A DNA stretch of 64,000 bases, from the NCBI GenBank assembly GCA_963747235.1, contig CAVVEU010000003.1, positions 1 to 64,000 on the forward strand, in the 5' to 3' direction. Of this stretch, positions 59,175-64,000 are shown piece by piece (the first letter of the stretch is position 1; the number at the start of each line of letters is the position of its first letter). The notes below the pieces were generated by a model. It had not been told where the DNA came from and did not search any database. It saw only the letters and a program-made list of their open reading frames with translations. This DNA comes from an uncultured Candidatus Rokubacteria bacterium (GTDB lineage Bacteria > Methylomirabilota > Methylomirabilia > Rokubacteriales > CSP1-6). The position numbers and the translations under genes were made by a program.

Positions 59175-60933
59175 TTACTTCTTCGAGAGCAGCCAGTGCC
59201 CGACCGCCAGGTGCGGCAGGCCGGAGCGCTCGAAGGTGTCCACCGCGTCGGCGGCGCCGCCGACGATGGGCTCGCCGTGCAGGTTGAACGAGGTGTTCAG
59301 CACCGCGCCCACGCCGGTCCGCCGCTCGAACTCACGGATCACCGCGTGGTATTCCGGGTTCCACTCGCGCTCCAGGATCTGCGGCCGCGCGGTGGCGTCC
59401 TGGGGATGGAGCGCGGCGGTGAGGGCGTCGCGCGCCTCCGGGCGCGTCGGCATCGCCAGCATCATGTAGGGCGAGGCGAAGCCCTTCGGATTGACCAGGT
59501 AGTCCCCCGCCCGCTCGGCCAGCACGGTCGGGGCGAACGGCATCCAGAAGTCGCGGTTCTTGATCATGCGGTTGATGAGCCCGACCACCCGGTGGTCCGA
59601 GGGATTGGCGAGGATGGAGCGGTTGCCGAGCGCGCGTGCCCCGAACTCCGCCCGCCCCGCGCAGCGGGCGACGACGCCGTCCGAGACCAGGAGCTCCGCG
59701 ATGCGCTCCTCGATGCGGTCGTGGAAGGCGACCTTGTACTGCCCCTCGAGGCGCCGCTCGCGGATGACCGCCTCCGCCTCCTCGTCGGTCACCGACGGGC
59801 CCAGGTAGGCCGCCCCGAACGGCTGGGGCGCGGCGGCCAGGCCGCGCCGCGCGCACTCCTGCACGTACCCGAGATAGGCCGCGCCCACCGCGTTCGACTC
59901 GTCGCCGCAGGACGGGAAGGCGAAGAGCTCCTCCACCCAGTCCTCCTGGCCGAGCAGCATGTTGGCCTTCACGTTCATGAAGACGCCGCCGCCCAGCGCG
60001 AGCCGCCCGCCGCCGTAGCGCTGGCGCATGAGGCGGCTCCAGCGCAGCAGCACGTCCTCGAGCAGGCGCTGGGCCCCGCCCGCCACCCAGTCGAAGCGCA
60101 GGCCGACCATGGCGCGCAGCAGGAGCTGATAGCGCTCACCCTGGGCGCGCCAGCGGAAGCGCGCGGGCCGGCCTTCCTCGAGATCGAAGACCTCGCGCAG
60201 GGCCGCCTCCGCGCGCGCCGCGTACTTCTCCGGCGCGTACGGGGCCATGCCCATCACCTTGTACTCGTGCTCGCCGAACTTCATCCCCATCGCCAGCGTC
60301 ACGAAGGAGTAGAAGGCGCCCACCGAGCCCGGCGCGCTCGGCGTGGCCTCGTGCCGCTCGAGCCCCAGGCCCCGGCCGGTGGAGGCCGTCGCGCAGAGCC
60401 CGTCTCCGGAGTTGTCGTTGGTGAGGACGAGCGCGTCGCGCCCCGCGAAGCCCGAGCCCCAGTAGGCGGCGGCCGCGTGGCAGGTGTGATGGTCGAGGCA
60501 CACGATGCGATCCGTCGCGAGCCCCAGGTGCTCGGTGACGAAGCCGAGCCGCTCGCGCTGCGAGATGCCGAACTTGCCGCGGGAGGCGTCGATGAGCCCG
60601 AACTTGGCGCCCCACTTCCGCACCTTCTTCTCGAAGGTGCGCCGCGCGGGACGGCCAGGAGACGCCGTAGTACTCCTTGACGTAGTCCTCGTCGTGCAGC
60701 ACGCGGTTGAGCCACTCCCGCGAGGCCGCGCGCGCGCCCGCCAGGGCCACCACGTCGATCTCGCTGGGGGTGATCCCGAGCTCATGCAGGAGGGCGTCGA
60801 TCGCGCGGCGCGGGTAGCCCGCGTCGTTCTTGAGCCGGCTGAAGCGCTCCTCGGAGGCGCAGCCGATGACCCGCCCGTCCCGGAGAACGGCCGCGGTCGC
60901 GCAATGAGTTTCGTTGATGCCGAGGACGATCAT
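59175..60933 (-). CDS. NodU/CmcH-family carbamoyltransferase (frameshift near 60650)
   Basis: EERFSR.K, HHTCHAA, YKVMGMAPY, GGVFMNVK, RALGNRS, NTSFN.HGEP. Confidence 0.9.
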
Positions 60934-60960
60934 GTCCCCGGTAGTATACCGCCCAGTCCG

Positions 60961-62300
60961 CTAGGCCCCCACGGACTCCACGAGCCAGCGCGCGGTGCGC
61001 AGGAGGCGCCCGTCGCCGTGGCGCGGCCCGACGAGCTGCACGCCCAGCGGCAGGCCGTTGGCGCCCTGCAGCAGCGGCAGGCTCACCGAGGGCAGGCCCA
61101 GCATCGTCCACAGCGTGCAGAAGGTCGGCTCCCCGGTGGACTCGAGGCCCGCCGGCGCCGTCCCGTGCGCCGCCGGCGTCAGGATCGCGTCGTAGCGCTG
61201 CTCGAACAGCTCGGTGAACGTGGCCAGGAGCGGCCCCGCCGCGGCCCGCGCGGCCAGGTACTCGGGGGCCCGCACCGCGTGCCCGGCCTCGATGCGCGCG
61301 CGCAGCGGCGCCGACAGCCGATCGCGGCCCGTCTCCCATTCGCGCCGCAGGTTGACCGCCACCTCCGAGTCCATGATCACGCGCGTGCCACTCGGCCAGC
61401 TCGTCGGCGCTCGCGCTCAGCTCGAACTCCTCCACGCGCCCGCCCAGATGCTCGACCACTTCGCCGAGCGCCGCCTGCGCGTCCTCGGCGATGCGATCCC
61501 ACCGCCCGGACCGGAAGAACCCGAAGCGCGGCTCGATCGGCGGCTCCTCCATCGCGACCGCGCGGTAGGGTCCCCGACCCCGAGGATGCGTGTCGGGATC
61601 GCGCTCGTCGTAGCCCGCGACCTCCTCCAGCAGCAGCGCCAGATCCTCGATCGTCCGCCCGAAGAGCCCGACGTGGTCGAGGCTCCGCGAGAGCTGGAAC
61701 ATGCCGTGCCGCGACACCAGCCCGTGAGTGGGCTTGAGCGCGTAGACCCCGCAGTAGGATCCGGGCCGGATGGTGGACCCGCCGGTCTGGCTCCCGAGCG
61801 AGAGCGGCACCATCCCCGCGGCCACCGCCGCGGCCGACCCGCTCGACGACCCCCCCGGCGTATGGTCCGGGTTGTGCGGGTTCCGCGTCTTGCCCGCCGT
61901 CCGCGTCGCGAACTCGGTGGTGACCGTCTTGCCCATGATCACCGCCCCGGCCGCCCGCAGCCGCTCCACCACCGCCGCATCCCGCGAGGGCGTCCGCCCC
62001 GCGTGCAACACCGACCCGTTCTCGGTCGGCATATCCCCGGTATCGATGATGTCCTTCAACCCCACCGGCACCCCATGCAACCCCCCCGTCGGCCGTCCCG
62101 ACAACCTCCACTCATCCGCAGCCTTGGCCTGCGCCAGCGCATACTCCGTATCGAGATAAATCCACGCCTCCACCCGGGGCTCCGTCTCCCGGATCCGCCC
62201 CAGACAGCTCTCCACCAGCTCAACCGAGCTGACGCCGCCCCGCCCGCATCAACCCCGTCGCCTCCGCCGCCGTCAGCTCCCAGAGCTCCCGATCTCCCAT
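60961..62300 (-). CDS. Amidase-signature enzyme (frameshifts near 62240 and 61385)
   Basis: LKDIID, GKTVTTEF, PGGSSSGS, GSQTGGSTIRP. Confidence 0.9.
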
Positions 62301-62419
62301 AGCGCCGCAGTATACGGTCAACCCCGGAGAAGAAGAACGGGAGAAGCCGAAGCGCTTCTACATACCGACGCGACGGCAACAACACAGGAAAGATCGGACT
62401 AGCGACGCCGTAGAGGAGA

Positions 62420-62585
62420 GGCTGGCGGGGGCCGGGGGTGGGGTGATTGGGAGGCAATCTGACCCGTTCCCTCCGGGGCTGCGCTACGCCTCACCTACCC
62501 CGATTGGGAACTCCCCGGCCAAGCTACCGAGACAGCGTGTCGTGGTCAGATGCCCCCAACACCCCACCCCCGGCCCCCGCCAGCC
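62420..62585. repeat. About 166-bp element with long terminal inverted repeats (MITE/REPIN-like or structured RNA)
   Basis: GGCTGGCGGGGGCCGGGGGTGGGGTG...TCTGACC pairs with GGTCAGA...CACCCCACCCCCGGCCCCCGCCAGCC; inner GTTCCC/GGGAAC and CGGGG/CCCCG stems. Confidence 0.75.
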
Positions 62586-62607
62586 GGGCCACCACGGAAA
62601 CGCCAGA

Positions 62608-64000
62608 CTAGTTGCCGTACAAGAAGTTAGGCAGCCAGAGCGTCATGCCAGGCCAGATGTACATGCACGCCAGGCAGACGAGCACGATCAGCATGTACGG
62701 CATCATCCCCGCGAAGATCTGGTTGAGCGTGACGTGCTTCGGCGCCACCCCCTTGAGATAGAACGCGGACATCGCCACCGGCGGGGACAGGAACGCGGCC
62801 TGCAGGTTCACCGCGACCATGGTCCCGAACAGGATCGGGTCGACGTCGAAGTGGCTCAGCAGCGGGATGAAGATCGGGCAGAAGATCACGATGATCTCGG
62901 TCCACTCGAGGGGCCAGCCGAGCAGGAAGATCAGGAGCTGGGCGACGAACAGGAATCCGAGCGGCGAGAGGTTCATGCCGAGCACCCACCGCTCGATCAG
63001 GGACTGGCCGCCGTGCAGCGCGAATACCGCCGAGAAGAGCGCGGAGCCGACGAAGAGCCAGCAGACCATCGCGGTGGTCTTGGCGGTCAGGAACGTCGAC
63101 TGCTTGAGGTTCTCGCGCAGCTCCTTCGAGTCGCGCAGGTGCAGGAGCCCCGGCGCCACCGTCCCGAGGAAGGTGCCCGCGATCGAGGCCGCCACCAGCA
63201 TGGACATCCAGGGCTCGTTCTCGTACCACCCGAGCGCGAAGCCCATGATCGCGCCCACGAGGCTCCACCACAGGACCTCCTTGCGGAACTTGGCCATGAC
63301 CGCGAGGTAGAGCGCGCCCAGCGCGCCGATCGCGGCCGACTCGGTGGCGGTGCAGATGCCGAACAGGATCACCGCGAGCACCACCGCGGTGAGCACGCCC
63401 AGCGGCACCACCGAGGCGATCAGCTCCTTCAGGATCTCGAGCTGCTCGCCGTCCATGCGCCAGAAGTAGAACAGGAGGATCAGCGCCGAACAGGGCGGCG
63501 ATCCCTCCGAACCAGACGACGAAGTTCGCGGGCACCTTGCTCACCGCCGGGCCGGTGGGCACCTCCCGCACCGACGACATCTCCTCGAGCTTCCCCTCGG
63601 TCGCCTGCTCCGTCGACTCCGACTCTCCGCCCGAGCCCAGCTCCTGCGGCTGCTCTTCCTTGGCGCGCGCCGGCGCCGCCGGCCCAGGCGTCGCGGCCGG
63701 CGCCGGCTTCGCGGCCGGGGCCACCGCCACGGTGGGCGGCGCCACGGGGGCCGCCACCGCCACCTCGGGCGCGTTGTAGACCACCACGTACCACCACGTG
63801 GCGCCGAGGGTCCCGGCGGTCAGCAACACCGGCACCGCGATGGCGGCCAGGTTGGCCAGCACCGTGCGGTAGCCGGCCGTGCGGGCCAGGCTCGGCCGCA
63901 CCAGCGCGGCCAGCAGCCCGGGCACGATGCGGCGCTGCGGCCCGCGCTCGAGAGCCTGGAGGGCCTCGGGCACCGCGACGCGATACTCGTCGGGCGAGAG
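62608..64000 (-). CDS. dctM: TRAP transporter large permease DctM, 5'-partial (frameshift near 63490)
   Basis: GICTATESAA, GWPLEWTEI, NLQAAFLSPP..AFYLKG. Confidence 0.88.

Noticed and set aside
11004-63490. Mass pseudogenisation or programmed frameshifting
   Set aside because: Breaks hit housekeeping genes (gltA, dapF) with intact motifs on both sides, without in-frame stops or consistent slippery sites; long-read indel error is the simplest explanation.

Overview
High-GC bacterial DNA. Gene style and content suggest Candidatus Rokubacteria / Methylomirabilota; this is inference, as no marker gene is present. Many ordinary genes are split by single-base indels, most likely long-read errors, so several boundaries are approximate. 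Layout: (1) 1-1255 is an alphaproteobacterial-looking RDD-bpt segment joined abruptly to a truncated KdsC-like start, a probable chimeric junction. (2) 1.3-11 kb is an exosortase/EpsI/TPR PEP-CTERM locus with a secreted beta-propeller glycosidase, an unannotated 51-aa cargo-less PEP-CTERM peptide and a Tyr-Gly-Lys-repeat PEP-CTERM protein. (3) 11.9-14.8 kb is a sigma54-driven signalling block: a small unknown DRR-domain protein, a tandem PilZ protein, a coiled-coil protein and a sensor-less hybrid kinase. Both unknown families recur together at 20.1-20.8 kb. (4) tRNA-Val(CAC). (5) The rest is a long run of mostly housekeeping genes. Notable items within it: a membrane protein with duplicated PmoC/AmoC-like D-x3-H-x12/13-H motifs, a DapF with Ser in place of both catalytic Cys, an unannotated CxxU selenoprotein with a SECIS-like hairpin, an M16 protease pair sandwiching an ABC exporter, a third PEP-CTERM gene, and three families of palindromic repeats whose flanks show strand-specific cytosine depletion.
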